Part shown: positions 19,871 to 28,579 of the stretch, in pieces
Position numbering within the stretch: the first letter of the stretch is position 1
How the letters are laid out: the number at the start of each line of letters is the position of its first letter
From: an uncultured Actinomycetes bacterium
GTDB lineage: Bacteria > Actinomycetota > UBA4738 > HRBIN12
Length of the DNA: 64,000 nucleotides
Assembly: GCA_963775755.1 (NCBI GenBank)
Contig: CAVZKB010000015.1
Location: 14,380 to 78,379, forward strand
Reading direction: 5' to 3'
The notes under the pieces: generated by a model
Seen by the model: the letters and a program-made list of their open reading frames with translations, nothing else
What the model was told of the DNA's origin: nothing
Databases searched by the model: none
Made by a program: the position numbers and the translations under genes

Positions 19871-20989
19871 ATGCACGGGATCGAGGACGCCCACGAGCTC
19901 AAGCACACGCCGATCGAGGACGAGCACAAGCGACTCGGCGCCAAGCTCGGTCCGTTCGCCGGCTGGTTGATGCCGATCGAGTACGAGGGCGCGCTCGCCG
20001 AGCACCGAGCGGTCCGCGAGCGGGTCGGGCTGTTCGATCTGACCCACCTCGGAAAGGTCGACGTCACCGGTCCGGGCGCCGTCGGGATGATCCAGCGCGT
20101 GGTCACGAACGACCTGTCGAAGACCGCCGTCGGGGAAGCGCTCTACAACCTGGTCCTGAACGACGGCGGCGGGGTGATCGAGGACCTGATCGTCTATCGC
20201 CTCGAGCCGGAGCGCTTCTTCGTGGTGCCGAACGCGTCGAACGCCCCGCGCGTGTTGCGGATGTTGGAGGAGGAGCCGGCCGACGACCGGCTCCACCTGA
20301 TGTATCACCAAGACTGGTGCTTCCTCGCGGTCCAGGGACCCGACTCCGTCAACGTGATGAGCCAACTCTTCCCCGAGGTGGCCGGGTTGTCGTTCATGCG
20401 GTGCACCGAGTCGGAGTATCACCGGCGACCGGTCATCGTGACCCGTTCGGGCTACACCGGAGAGGTCGGTTTCGAGCTCTTCACGTACCAGGACATCGCG
20501 CTGGAGCTCTGGACCGATCTATCGGAGGCGATGGCGCCGTTCGGAGGGATGCCGTGCGGCCTCGCCGCTCGCGACGTGCTGCGGCTGGAGATGGGCTATC
20601 CGCTCTACGGTCAGGACCTGTTCGAGTCCTCGACCGCGTTGGAGGCGGGCCTCGGTTGGGCGGTCGCGTTCGACAAGGGCGAGTTCCGAGGACGTGAAGC
20701 ATTGCTGCGGCAACGCGATGAAGGGATCCCCAGCCGTCTCCGAGGGTTGCTGATGGAGGAGCGCCGGCACATCCCGCGCGCGCACTATCCGGTCTTCGAG
20801 GGGAACCGGTTGATCGGTGAGGTCACGAGCGGTACGTTCTCGCCGACGTTGCAGAAAGGGATCGCGCTCGCCTACCTCTGGCCAGGAGACATCGCCGACA
20901 TCGGATCTCAGGTCGAGGTGGACATCCGCGGACGCCGAGGAACGGCGACCGTCACGAGGACGCCGTTCGTCGATCGCAGTCCGCGGTAG
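19871..20989 (+). CDS. gcvT: Glycine cleavage system aminomethyltransferase (T protein)
   Basis: N-terminus LKHTPIEDEHKRLGAKLGPFAGWLMPIEY, plus RSGYTGEVGFE and C-terminal PFVDR. ATG 19871 lies 8 nt after TACGAT (leaderless-type). Confidence 0.9.
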   Translation: MHGIEDAHELKHTPIEDEHKRLGAKLGPFAGWLMPIEYEGALAEHRAVRERVGLFDLTHLGKVDVTGPGAVGMIQRVVTNDLSKTAVGEALYNLVLNDGGGVIEDLIVYRLEPERFFVVPNASNAPRVLRMLEEEPADDRLHLMYHQDWCFLAVQGPDSVNVMSQLFPEVAGLSFMRCTESEYHRRPVIVTRSGYTGEVGFELFTYQDIALELWTDLSEAMAPFGGMPCGLAARDVLRLEMGYPLYGQDLFESSTALEAGLGWAVAFDKGEFRGREALLRQRDEGIPSRLRGLLMEERRHIPRAHYPVFEGNRLIGEVTSGTFSPTLQKGIALAYLWPGDIADIGSQVEVDIRGRRGTATVTRTPFVDRSPR

Positions 20990-21013
20990 CGTCGGAGAGC
21001 GCCAGGCCCGAGA

Positions 21014-21724
21014 TCAGGCGGCGTCGACGGCCCGCTGGCGGACCGCCTGCACGAAGTCGCGGATCGGCGTATCGCCGAACCGTGTCTGGCGGATCAAGTG
21101 CTGAAGCGTGCTGCCGGCCTTCAAGCCGTCCCGCAGCACGGCGACGACCACGTACAACCCGGATCGGGCGATGCCCAGCTGTCGGACCGGACCGAACCCG
21201 GGGGCGGCGACGAAATATGCCCAGCGCGTCACCTGCCCTCGAGCCTTGCAAGTGCCCTGACCCTCAGCCATGTAGTCACCTGGTGAGCCGGCGATCCCCG
21301 ACGCGAAGGTCGGGACGTTGTCGATGAGCACCCGGCTCGATTCCGCCCGGCAATCGGGGGAGTGGAGCAACTGCGAGAAGAGCGGGCCGGTCGCCGCGAG
21401 GTAGTAGAAATCGGAAGGGACACCCACGAGGGTGGCATCCACCCACGTGGCGGCGATCCCCTCCGTCGTCCCGTCCATGCGCGACCACGCCTCGGGGCTC
21501 GGGGAGGCGAAGAACCCCTCACGCGCCCCGCCCGACGTCGGCATCGGTTGCCAGCCGTCGGGGATCAACGCCCGAACAGGCCCGGCGGTGACCTCGGAGA
21601 ACGGCGATGGGGAGCGCTGGATGTGGATCGTGTCGGCGGTCGGAAGCGAGTCGGAACCATGGGGCAGGCCGGTGCATCCGGCGCCCATGGTCAACACCAC
21701 TATTCCCAGGATGGCTCTCCGCAA
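21014..21724 (-). CDS. Putative lipoprotein, unknown function
   Basis: 236 aa. Signal peptide with lipobox (VVLTMGAGC). I recognise no family. Confidence 0.55.
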   Translation of the reverse strand: MRRAILGIVVLTMGAGCTGLPHGSDSLPTADTIHIQRSPSPFSEVTAGPVRALIPDGWQPMPTSGGAREGFFASPSPEAWSRMDGTTEGIAATWVDATLVGVPSDFYYLAATGPLFSQLLHSPDCRAESSRVLIDNVPTFASGIAGSPGDYMAEGQGTCKARGQVTRWAYFVAAPGFGPVRQLGIARSGLYVVVAVLRDGLKAGSTLQHLIRQTRFGDTPIRDFVQAVRQRAVDAA

Positions 21725-21793
21725 ACGGCCGATCCCCCAGGGGCCGAGGATAGCCGTGACCGCCGAGGATTGCTAATCCGAGGTCGCGAAGGC

Positions 21794-23008
21794 TCAGGCC
21801 GCGCCCGGAGGGGCCGCGAACGTGGCGCCCACCTTCGACGGGAGGCAGAATGACACCCGGGTGCCGCCGGCGGGGACCGGGTCCGTCCACAGGATGCCCC
21901 CGTGCCTGACCACCAGCTGACGCGACAGGTGCAGTCCCACGCCCGCACCTGCCTTCTCCTTGCGAAGGGTCGCCTCTCCCGTCGAGAACGGTTGCTCGAA
22001 CGATCTCCAGGCGACGTCGCGGTCCATGCCGGAGCCCTGGTCCATCACCGAAACGACGATGCCCTCGTCCATGACCCGCGCCCGGATCTCGACCGCCCGA
22101 TCCTCGGGCGAGTAGCGACAGGCATTCTCCAGGAGCTCATGGATGACGCCGTGGATCCTCGCCTCGTCCGCCAGCGCGAACAGGTTCCCGGGGATCCGGG
22201 ACAGCACCAAGACCGATGGGTGGAGGGCACCCATGTCGGCGACCGCCCGGTCGATCAACGGCGCCAGGTCGGTGTAGGCGATGTCCAGCTGGAACGTGCC
22301 CTGTTCGAGTTCGGTGATCTCGATGATCTCGTTCACCAGGCCCGCGAGCTTGTCGAGAGAGGCCTGGAGCTGTTCGATGAACTCCGCGCGATCCTCATCG
22401 CTCACGTTCGGATTGCGGAGCACATGCGCGATGCCCTTGGCGACGGTCACGGGTGTCCTGAGCTCATGCGAGACGTTGGCGAGGAACTGGCTCTTGGCGT
22501 TCGTGCCTTCCTCCATCTGGGACTCGATGTCCCGGACCTGCGCTTCCAGCTCCTGGACCCGGGCGAGTGACGCTCCGAGCTCGCCGCCCAGCAGGGTTGC
22601 TGAGCTCCGCGTGAGCACGATCGAGCCCTTGGCGGCGGCAAGGATCGCGCGCGCGGCGTCGTCGACGCCGTCTTCCTTCAGGAGGTATCCGGACGCCCCC
22701 GCGGCCAGGACCAGCGCCACGCGTCCGGGGTCGCGAAGGCGCGTCCACCCGACGATGGCTGACAGCGGGGCGGCATCCCGGAGTCGACGGACCAGATGGA
22801 TGTCCTTGAGCCCTTCCAGGCCGAGTTCCGTAGCGACGACGTCGGGCTGCAGCCCGGCGGCCATCTCGATCACCCGGTCGGATTCGGTGGTGACCTCGAT
22901 CTCCATGGCGGGGTCGAGCAGCCGCAGCGCATGCTGCAGCCGCGTGACTTCATCGGCGGTGTCGCACAGGAGAACCTTCACGTTGTCGTTATCGGTGTCC
23001 ATGAACAC
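21794..23008 (-). CDS. Cytoplasmic hybrid histidine kinase with N-terminal receiver-like domain(s)
   Basis: 404 aa with no TM segment. The N-terminal about 150 aa is CheY-like but has a degenerate acidic pocket. H-box FLANVSHELRTPV; ATPase boxes ELLENACRYSP, MDQGSGM, GAGVGLHLS. Confidence 0.85.
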   Translation of the reverse strand: MFMDTDNDNVKVLLCDTADEVTRLQHALRLLDPAMEIEVTTESDRVIEMAAGLQPDVVATELGLEGLKDIHLVRRLRDAAPLSAIVGWTRLRDPGRVALVLAAGASGYLLKEDGVDDAARAILAAAKGSIVLTRSSATLLGGELGASLARVQELEAQVRDIESQMEEGTNAKSQFLANVSHELRTPVTVAKGIAHVLRNPNVSDEDRAEFIEQLQASLDKLAGLVNEIIEITELEQGTFQLDIAYTDLAPLIDRAVADMGALHPSVLVLSRIPGNLFALADEARIHGVIHELLENACRYSPEDRAVEIRARVMDEGIVVSVMDQGSGMDRDVAWRSFEQPFSTGEATLRKEKAGAGVGLHLSRQLVVRHGGILWTDPVPAGGTRVSFCLPSKVGATFAAPPGAA

Positions 23009-23039
23009 GGGTTGAGGGTCGGAGGTGTTCGGGGCCCGC

Positions 23040-23678
23040 TCAGTGCACGATGCCCGTGCGGATCGCGATCGCGACCGCCTGCGCCCGGTCGTTCGCGCCC
23101 AGCTTCTCGAAGATGCGCTCGAGATGCGTCTTCACCGTGTGCGGGGAGATGCCGAGATCGCTCGCGACTTCCTTGGTGGTGGCGCCGTCCGCCACCGCCT
23201 GGAGGATCTCCCGCTCGCGCTTGGACAAGGGCGTCGTGTCGGAGGAGATGTCGCCCATCCGGACCTCTTCGATGAACGTCCGCGTGAGCTGGGGGTGGAT
23301 GACCGCGTTGCCCTCGATGGCGTTGCGAGCGGCGTCGACCAGGGCGTCGGCCGACGCGTCCTTGAGCAGATAGCCGGAGACGCCGGCCTGGATCGCTTGG
23401 GAGATGGCGCCTCGCGACTCGTCGATCGTGATCAAGATGACCTTGGTATCGGGTGCAGCCTGCAGGATCTGCCGGGTCGCCTCGATCCCGTCCATGCCCG
23501 GCATCCGGACGTCCATGAAGACGACGTCGGGCGTGAGCTCGCGGGCGCGGTCGACCGCCTCCTCCCCGCTCGCCGCTTCCCCGACGACCAAGACGTCGTC
23601 GGAGAGCCCGAGTGCGGTGCGGAGGCCCTCCCGCGTGACGGGATGGTCGTCCACGATGATCGCGCGGATCTGGGTCAT
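23040..23678 (-). CDS. NarL/LuxR-family response regulator
   Basis: 212 aa. REC domain (IIVDDHP, VVFMDVRMPGMDG, ILITID) plus a LuxR HTH (LSKREREILQAVADGATTKEVASDLGISPHTVKTHL). Confidence 0.9.
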   Translation of the reverse strand: MTQIRAIIVDDHPVTREGLRTALGLSDDVLVVGEAASGEEAVDRARELTPDVVFMDVRMPGMDGIEATRQILQAAPDTKVILITIDESRGAISQAIQAGVSGYLLKDASADALVDAARNAIEGNAVIHPQLTRTFIEEVRMGDISSDTTPLSKREREILQAVADGATTKEVASDLGISPHTVKTHLERIFEKLGANDRAQAVAIAIRTGIVH

Positions 23679-23710
23679 GCGAGCCCCGCGTCCTTTCGGG
23701 ATCGGCGAAG

Positions 23711-23716
23711 TAGGCT
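23711..23716 (+). promoter_or_regulatory. -10 hexamer TAGGCT (extended G upstream) for the DUF59 gene
   Basis: TANNNT consensus. The same hexamer recurs upstream of sufB, cax and the cNMP-binding gene. Followed by the small palindrome GATAG-AG-CTATC (23727-23738). Confidence 0.35.
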
Positions 23717-23763
23717 ACACACACAGGATAGAGCTATCGAGCCCGCGACCGGGAAGGTTCCGC

Positions 23764-24126
23764 ATGAACGAGCAGGAAACCGTCCAGACCGACCATGATG
23801 TCTCGCCCGGTGCAACCGCCGGAGTGCCGACGGAGGACGACGTGCTCGAAGCGCTGAAGAACGTCTTCGATCCCGAGCTCGGCATCAACATCGTCGACCT
23901 CGGATTGGTGTACGAGGTGAAGGTGGATCAGGGCGGGGACGTCGATATCACGTACTCGCTCACGACGATGGGTTGTCCGATCGGTCCCCTCATCGAAGAT
24001 CAGATGCGTGCGCTCCTCGCGGCGTTGCCCGGCGTGGGGGAGGTGCGACCGGAGATGGTCATCCGGCCCCCGTGGAGCCCGGAGATGATGTCGGACGAGG
24101 CCAAAGCGGCCCTCGGCATCTTCTGA
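23764..24126 (+). CDS. sufT: DUF59/MIP18-family Fe-S assembly protein (SufT-like)
   Basis: 120 aa. VLEALKNVFDPELGINIVDLGLVY and TMGCPIGP motifs. ATG follows GGGAAGG. Confidence 0.85.
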   Translation: MNEQETVQTDHDVSPGATAGVPTEDDVLEALKNVFDPELGINIVDLGLVYEVKVDQGGDVDITYSLTTMGCPIGPLIEDQMRALLAALPGVGEVRPEMVIRPPWSPEMMSDEAKAALGIF

Positions 24127-24239
24127 ACCGGCTCTCTCTTGACACTCGGCACCCCCCGGAGGTAGAAGTTGCACCTGCAATTCCCGACTCAGGAGGTAGG
24201 AATCTGATCCAGACGCGCTGCCGCGGGCTCGTCGGAGCC

Positions 24240-24311
24240 ATGATCCCTTCGCGCCTGTGCTGTATGCCGGGCCGCGCCCTCCGGGAGGCGCCAGCGCGCA
24301 CGCGGCCGTAA
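24240..24311 (+). CDS. Candidate leader peptide (23 aa) with tandem Cys codons
   Basis: ATG 24240; translation MIPSRLCCMPGRALREAPARTRP; TAA at 24309. TGC TGT at 24258-24263. Embedded in alternative GC-rich pairings upstream of a terminator. The SD is weak (GGAG 2 nt from ATG). Confidence 0.35.
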   Translation: MIPSRLCCMPGRALREAPARTRP

Positions 24312-24335
24312 CAGATCCCCGGAACCGATCCATCC

Positions 24336-24369
24336 AGAGGCCGCCTTTCGCGGCCTCTTTCTCGTTCTC
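24336..24369 (+). terminator. Intrinsic terminator / attenuator hairpin in the rhodanese leader
   Basis: 9-bp stem AGAGGCCGC/GCGGCCTCT with loop CTTTC, followed by a T-rich tail TTCTCGTTCTC. Ends 37 nt before the ATG at 24406. Confidence 0.6.
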
Positions 24370-24405
24370 GGGGCGATCCGCGTCCCCGGGGGAAGGAGCA
24401 ATCGC

Positions 24406-25248
24406 ATGAGCGGATACGCCAAGCCGGAGGTGCTGGTCGACACCGATTGGGTGGAAGCCCACCTCAACGACGACGCAGTGCGCATCGTCGAGGTGGACGA
24501 AGACATCTCCGCCTACGACAAGGGTCATATCGAAGGTGCCGTGGGATGGAACTGGACGACCGACCTGCACACGAAGGTCGGCCGGGAGTTCGTCTCCCAG
24601 GCTGAGCTCGCGGGGATCCTCTCGGCGGCCGGTGTCGGACCGGACACGACCGTCGTCCTGTACGGCGGGAACAACAACTGGTTCGCGGCCTACGCCTACT
24701 GGATCTTGAAGCTCCGCGGGTTCGACAACGTCAAGCTGCTGAACGGCGGGCGCAAGAAGTGGGAGCTCGAAACCCGTCCGCTGACGCAGGACGTGCCGAC
24801 CTACGAGGCCACCGGCATCGCGATCACGGGAGCCGACCGTCCCGAGATCCGCGCCTGGCGCGACGAGGTCATCTCCAAGATCGGCACGGTCGGGCTCGTC
24901 GACGTCCGCTCACCCGAGGAGTTCCGCGGTGAGAAGCTCGCTCCCGATCACCTGCCTCAGGAGCAGTCTCAGGTTCCCGGGCACGTCCCCGGTGCGGCGA
25001 ACGTGCCGTGGGCGAAGGCCGCGAACGAGGACGGGACGTTCAGGTCAGCCGACGAGCTGAAGGAGCTCTACGAGGGGGTAGGCATCACGGGCGACGAAGA
25101 GGTGATCGCCTACTGCCGCATCGGGGAACGCTCCTCGCACACCTGGTTCGCCCTTCAGGAGCTGCTGGGTTACGAGCACGTCAAGAACTACGACGGCTCG
25201 TGGACCGAGTACGGCTCGCTCGTCGGCGCTCCGGTCGAGGTCGGCTGA
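24406..25248 (+). CDS. sseA: Thiosulfate/3-mercaptopyruvate sulfurtransferase (tandem rhodanese)
   Basis: 280 aa with two rhodanese domains. Active-site loop YCRIGERSSHTW. SD GGAAGGAG. Confidence 0.9.
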   Translation: MSGYAKPEVLVDTDWVEAHLNDDAVRIVEVDEDISAYDKGHIEGAVGWNWTTDLHTKVGREFVSQAELAGILSAAGVGPDTTVVLYGGNNNWFAAYAYWILKLRGFDNVKLLNGGRKKWELETRPLTQDVPTYEATGIAITGADRPEIRAWRDEVISKIGTVGLVDVRSPEEFRGEKLAPDHLPQEQSQVPGHVPGAANVPWAKAANEDGTFRSADELKELYEGVGITGDEEVIAYCRIGERSSHTWFALQELLGYEHVKNYDGSWTEYGSLVGAPVEVG

Positions 25249-25249
25249 G

Positions 25250-25408
25250 ATGAGCGAGCTCGAGAAGATGCTGCAGGTCAACGACGGCGTTCCAGGACCT
25301 GGACGGGAGCGTCCGCGACGACGTCGAACGGATACGGGCGTGTCGGTCTCTGGGTACGTCTATGACGTGCGAACCGGACGGATCCGCGAGGTGGTTCCGG
25401 CGAGCTGA
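25250..25408 (+). pseudogene. Relic resembling the C-terminus of a beta-class carbonic anhydrase (frame-shifted fragment)
   Basis: The ORF reads MSELEKMLQVNDG..VSVSGYVYDVRTGRIREVVPAS. Its middle is GC3-poor, while the +1 frame there is GC3-rich and reads FQDLDGSVRDDVERIRA. The tail resembles the G[FWY]V[FY]DxxTG C-terminal strand of beta-CAs (from memory). Confidence 0.35.
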
Positions 25409-25487
25409 TCCGCACCGAACCGCTCGTGAGGTCGGGACCGGTCCGGGTCCCGACCTCAAGGTGTCGACGTGAGCTACCCTGGCCCGC

Positions 25488-25655
25488 ATGGGGGACATGG
25501 AGTTCTGGGGCACATGCGAGAACTGCGCGTGGTCGTGGGGCCCGGGGTCGGAGGAAGACGCGAAAGCCGCGACCCTCGAGCATCAGGAGCAGACGGGTCA
25601 CCAGGCGAAGGCGAGTTCGGGCAGCGTCGAAGCGCACCCACCCGCTGAGGCGTAG
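25488..25655 (+). CDS. Small leaderless ORF (55 aa) with CxxC...HxxxxxH pattern
   Basis: Translation MGDMEFWGTCENCAWSWGPGSEEDAKAATLEHQEQTGHQAKASSGSVEAHPPAEA. Most third codon positions are G/C. A TACCCT -10 lies at 25475-25480, 7 nt before the ATG. No SD. Confidence 0.4.
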   Translation: MGDMEFWGTCENCAWSWGPGSEEDAKAATLEHQEQTGHQAKASSGSVEAHPPAEA

Positions 25656-25724
25656 GACCGCGGTCTGGGAGTGCTCGACGAGGGGGCTCATCACCGCCCG
25701 GCGGCTCGAATCCGACCTGCCCGG

Positions 25725-25754
25725 TGGACTTTAGGTTCGACCCGCGGGTAGGCT
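25725..25754 (+). promoter_or_regulatory. Putative suf operon promoter (TGGACT - 18 nt - TAGGCT)
   Basis: The -10 TAGGCT at 25749-25754 has GGG upstream. The predicted TSS is about 44 nt before the sufB ATG, which has SD GAGGAG. Confidence 0.4.
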
Positions 25755-25804
25755 GTGTGTCTGGCGACCGACGGCCGACCGACCTGCCCGCGAGGAGATG
25801 AGCG

Positions 25805-27217
25805 ATGGCCATCAGCCAAGAAGAGCACCTCGAAGAGCTCAGCAAGGGCTACCGGTTCGACTGGAAGGACGCGGACCACTCCGTCTTCGAGCCGAAACGA
25901 GGACTGTCGGCTGCCGTGGTCGAGGAGATCAGCGCGCTCAAGAGCGAGCCCGACTGGATGAAGAAGTACCGGCTGAAGGCCCTGAAGCACTTCGAGGCCC
26001 GGCCGATGCCGTGGTGGGGCGCGGACCTGTCCGACATCGACTTCAACAACATCTTCTACTTCATCCGCTCCACCGAGAAGCAGGCCAGCAACTGGGAGGA
26101 CCTGCCCGACGACATCCGGGGGACCTGGGACAAGCTGGGCATCCCCGAGGCGGAGAAGAAGTACCTGGGCGGCGTGAGCGCGCAGTACGAGTGCGAGGTC
26201 GTCTACCACAAGATCAAGAAGGAGCTCGACGAGATCGGCGTCATCTTCACCGACATGGACTCCGCGGTCCGCGACTACCCCGACCTGGTGAAGGAGTACT
26301 TCGGCACGCTGATCCCGTCGAACGACAACAAGTTCGCCGCGCTGAACACGGCGGTGTGGTCCGGCGGTTCGTTCATCTACGTGCCGCCGGGCGTGCAGGT
26401 CGACATCCCCCTGCAGGCGTACTTCCGCATCAACGCGGAGAACATGGGGCAGTTCGAACGGACGATGATCATCGCCGACGAAGGCAGCTACGTGCACTAC
26501 GTCGAGGGCTGTTCCGCGCCGATCTACTCGAGCGACTCGCTGCACTCGGCGGTCGTCGAGATCGTCGCGAAGAAGGGCGCCCGCGTCCGCTACACGACGA
26601 TCCAGAACTGGTCGACCAACGTCTACAACCTGGTGACCAAGCGCGCCGCGGCCTACGAGGACGCGGTCATGGAGTGGGTCGACGGCAACATCGGCTCGAA
26701 GGTCACCATGAAGTACCCGTCGATCTACCTGCTCGGCAAGGGCGCGCGCGGCGAGGTCCTGTCCGTGGCGTTCGCCGGCAAGGGCATGCACACCGATGCC
26801 GGCGGCAAGGCGATCCACGCCGCGCCGTACACGACCAGCGTGATCAATTCGAAGTCGGTCTCGAAGGACGGCGGCCGCACCGGCTACCGCGGCCTGATCC
26901 GTGTGGAGCCCGACGCCCACCACGCGAAGTCCACGGTGCGTTGCGACGCGCTGATCCTGGACGAGGAGAGCCGCTCGGACACGTACCCGTACATCGAGGT
27001 GGAGGACGAGACGGCGTCGCTCGGCCACGAGGCCACGGTCTCGAAGGTCGGCGATGACCAGCTCTTCTACCTGATGAGCCGCGGACTCTCCGAGGTCGAG
27101 GCGACCGCGATGATCGTCAACGGCTTCATCGAGCCCATCACGCGCGAGCTCCCGATGGAGTACGCGGTCGAGCTCAACCGCCTGATCGAGCTGCAGATGG
27201 AGGGCTCGGTCGGCTGA
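25805..27217 (+). CDS. sufB: Fe-S cluster assembly scaffold protein SufB
   Basis: 470 aa, full-length SufB-like sequence ([42 protein letters not shown]). Confidence 0.95.
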   Translation: MAISQEEHLEELSKGYRFDWKDADHSVFEPKRGLSAAVVEEISALKSEPDWMKKYRLKALKHFEARPMPWWGADLSDIDFNNIFYFIRSTEKQASNWEDLPDDIRGTWDKLGIPEAEKKYLGGVSAQYECEVVYHKIKKELDEIGVIFTDMDSAVRDYPDLVKEYFGTLIPSNDNKFAALNTAVWSGGSFIYVPPGVQVDIPLQAYFRINAENMGQFERTMIIADEGSYVHYVEGCSAPIYSSDSLHSAVVEIVAKKGARVRYTTIQNWSTNVYNLVTKRAAAYEDAVMEWVDGNIGSKVTMKYPSIYLLGKGARGEVLSVAFAGKGMHTDAGGKAIHAAPYTTSVINSKSVSKDGGRTGYRGLIRVEPDAHHAKSTVRCDALILDEESRSDTYPYIEVEDETASLGHEATVSKVGDDQLFYLMSRGLSEVEATAMIVNGFIEPITRELPMEYAVELNRLIELQMEGSVG

Positions 27218-27230
27218 CCGAGGTTCGGAC

Positions 27231-28549
27231 ATGAGCGACATCACGACGGCAACCCGCTTCGACGAGCACGCCCTCGCGGAGTTGCCCGAAGCGGCCGGAT
27301 TCACCGGTGACCTGCGCCTTCGCGCGCTCCGGGAGTTCGAGGCCATGCCGATCCCCTCGCAGGAGACCGAGGAGTGGCGCTACACCGACCTGTCGGACTT
27401 CGCGCTGGACTTCGTCCCGTTCTCGCCCGGCGGCGGCCCCGAGGCCGTGAACCGCCACGGCGTGCTCGAAGCGGCCCGTGTGGCCGGCGAACGAGCGGGC
27501 CTGCAGATCCAGCGCAACTCCGAGGTGATCTCCACGCACCTCGTGGCAGGCCTCGCCGACCAGGGCGTCGTCTTCGGCGACCTGGACGTCGCGGCGGCGA
27601 CCCACCCGGATCTCGTCGAACCCCACCTGCATTCGCTCGTCCCGACGTCGCGCACGAAGTTCCTCGCGCTGCACGGCGCCTTCCGGACCGCCGGTACGTT
27701 CCTGTACGTCCCCGACGGCCTCGAGATCGAGTTGCCGTTGCAAACGCTCACGTACCTGGACGCCGACGGCGCCGCGGTCTTCCCGCACACCCTGATCGTC
27801 GTGGGGACCAACGCGTCGGTGACGTTCATCGATCGCTACGTGTCCCCGGACCTCACGCGCGCGTTCTCGGACGCGGTGACGGAGATCGTCGTGGGCGACG
27901 GTGCTCGCGTTCGATACGCGTCGATCCAGGACTGGGGAAAGGGCGTCACGCATCTCGGGGTGCAGCGGGCACGCGTCGGGCGCGACGCCGACATCCGGAC
28001 GCTCGCGCTCGGGTTCGGGGCGGACCTGTCCCGTGCCGAGGCCGAGACGGTCCTCGCGGAGCCCGGCGGCTTCAGCGAGATGCTCGGTGTCTTCTTCGCC
28101 GACGGCGAACAGCACTTCGACCACCGGACGCTGCAGGACCACGTCGCGCCGAACTGTCAGCAGCGACCTGCTGTACAAGGGGGCGCTCCGCGACTACAGC
28201 CGCGCCGTCTACAGCGGCTGGGTGCACGTGCGGCCGGACCGCGCAGAAGACGAACGCGATGCAGACGAGCCGCAACATCGTGCTCTCCGAGCATGCGAAG
28301 GCCGATGCGATCCCCAACCTGGAGATCGAGGCGAACGACGTCCGGTGCGGTCATGCGGCGAGCGTGGGGCCGGTCGACGAGGAGACCATCTTCTACCTCC
28401 AGAGCCGCGGCATCATGCGCGAGGACGCCGAGCGGCTGATCGTCTCGGGGTTCTTCCAGGAGGTGCTGGACCGCGTGAAGATCGACGAGGTCCGCGAAGG
28501 GGCCGAGGCGGCAATCGCGCGCGAGCTGGCGGGGGGCGCGCGCGGATGA
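27231..28549 (+). pseudogene. sufD: Fe-S cluster assembly protein SufD, frame broken by two +1 shifts (as sequenced)
   Basis: The N-terminal 308 aa are in the frame of ATG 27231 up to ..DHVAPNC. SDLLYKGALRDYSRAVYSGWVHVRPD continues in frame +1. AQKTNAMQTSRNIVLSEHAKADAIPNLEIEANDVRCGHAASVGPVDEETIFYLQSRGI continues in frame +2 to the stop at 28549. The extra bases are near 28158 and 28240. Confidence 0.85.
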
Positions 28550-28579
28550 CGCTGGTGAAGGTGTGCGCCGTCAGCGGAT

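Noticed and set aside
24169-24335. Superficial resemblance of the rhodanese leader to TPP (CTGATCCAG..) or S-box (GCACCTGCAATTCC) riboswitch cores.
   Set aside because: The matching strings are short, in the wrong order or position, and lack the paired partner segments. The uORF/terminator attenuator model explains the region better. Still worth a cmscan.
25690-25760. tRNA-like T-loop strings (GGCTCGAATCC at about 25702-25712 and GGTTCGACCC at about 25733-25742) with a possible CAT anticodon loop, suggesting a tRNA gene or an integration-site remnant.
   Set aside because: No complementary 5' acceptor strand and no D-arm. The first T-loop has C instead of the invariant T54, and the variable region is too short. 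No integrase or direct repeat is nearby. The segment is better explained as the suf promoter region (-35 TGGACT).
23705-25770. Shared GTAGGCT plus alternating ACACACA/GTGTGTC motif upstream of the DUF59 gene and sufB, considered as a common operator (SufR-like).
   Set aside because: The same GGGTAGGCT occurs at the correct distance before unrelated genes (cax at 31393, the cNMP-binding gene at 45157), so it is the local -10 consensus. The alternating Pu/Py tracts differ in sequence and are not palindromic.
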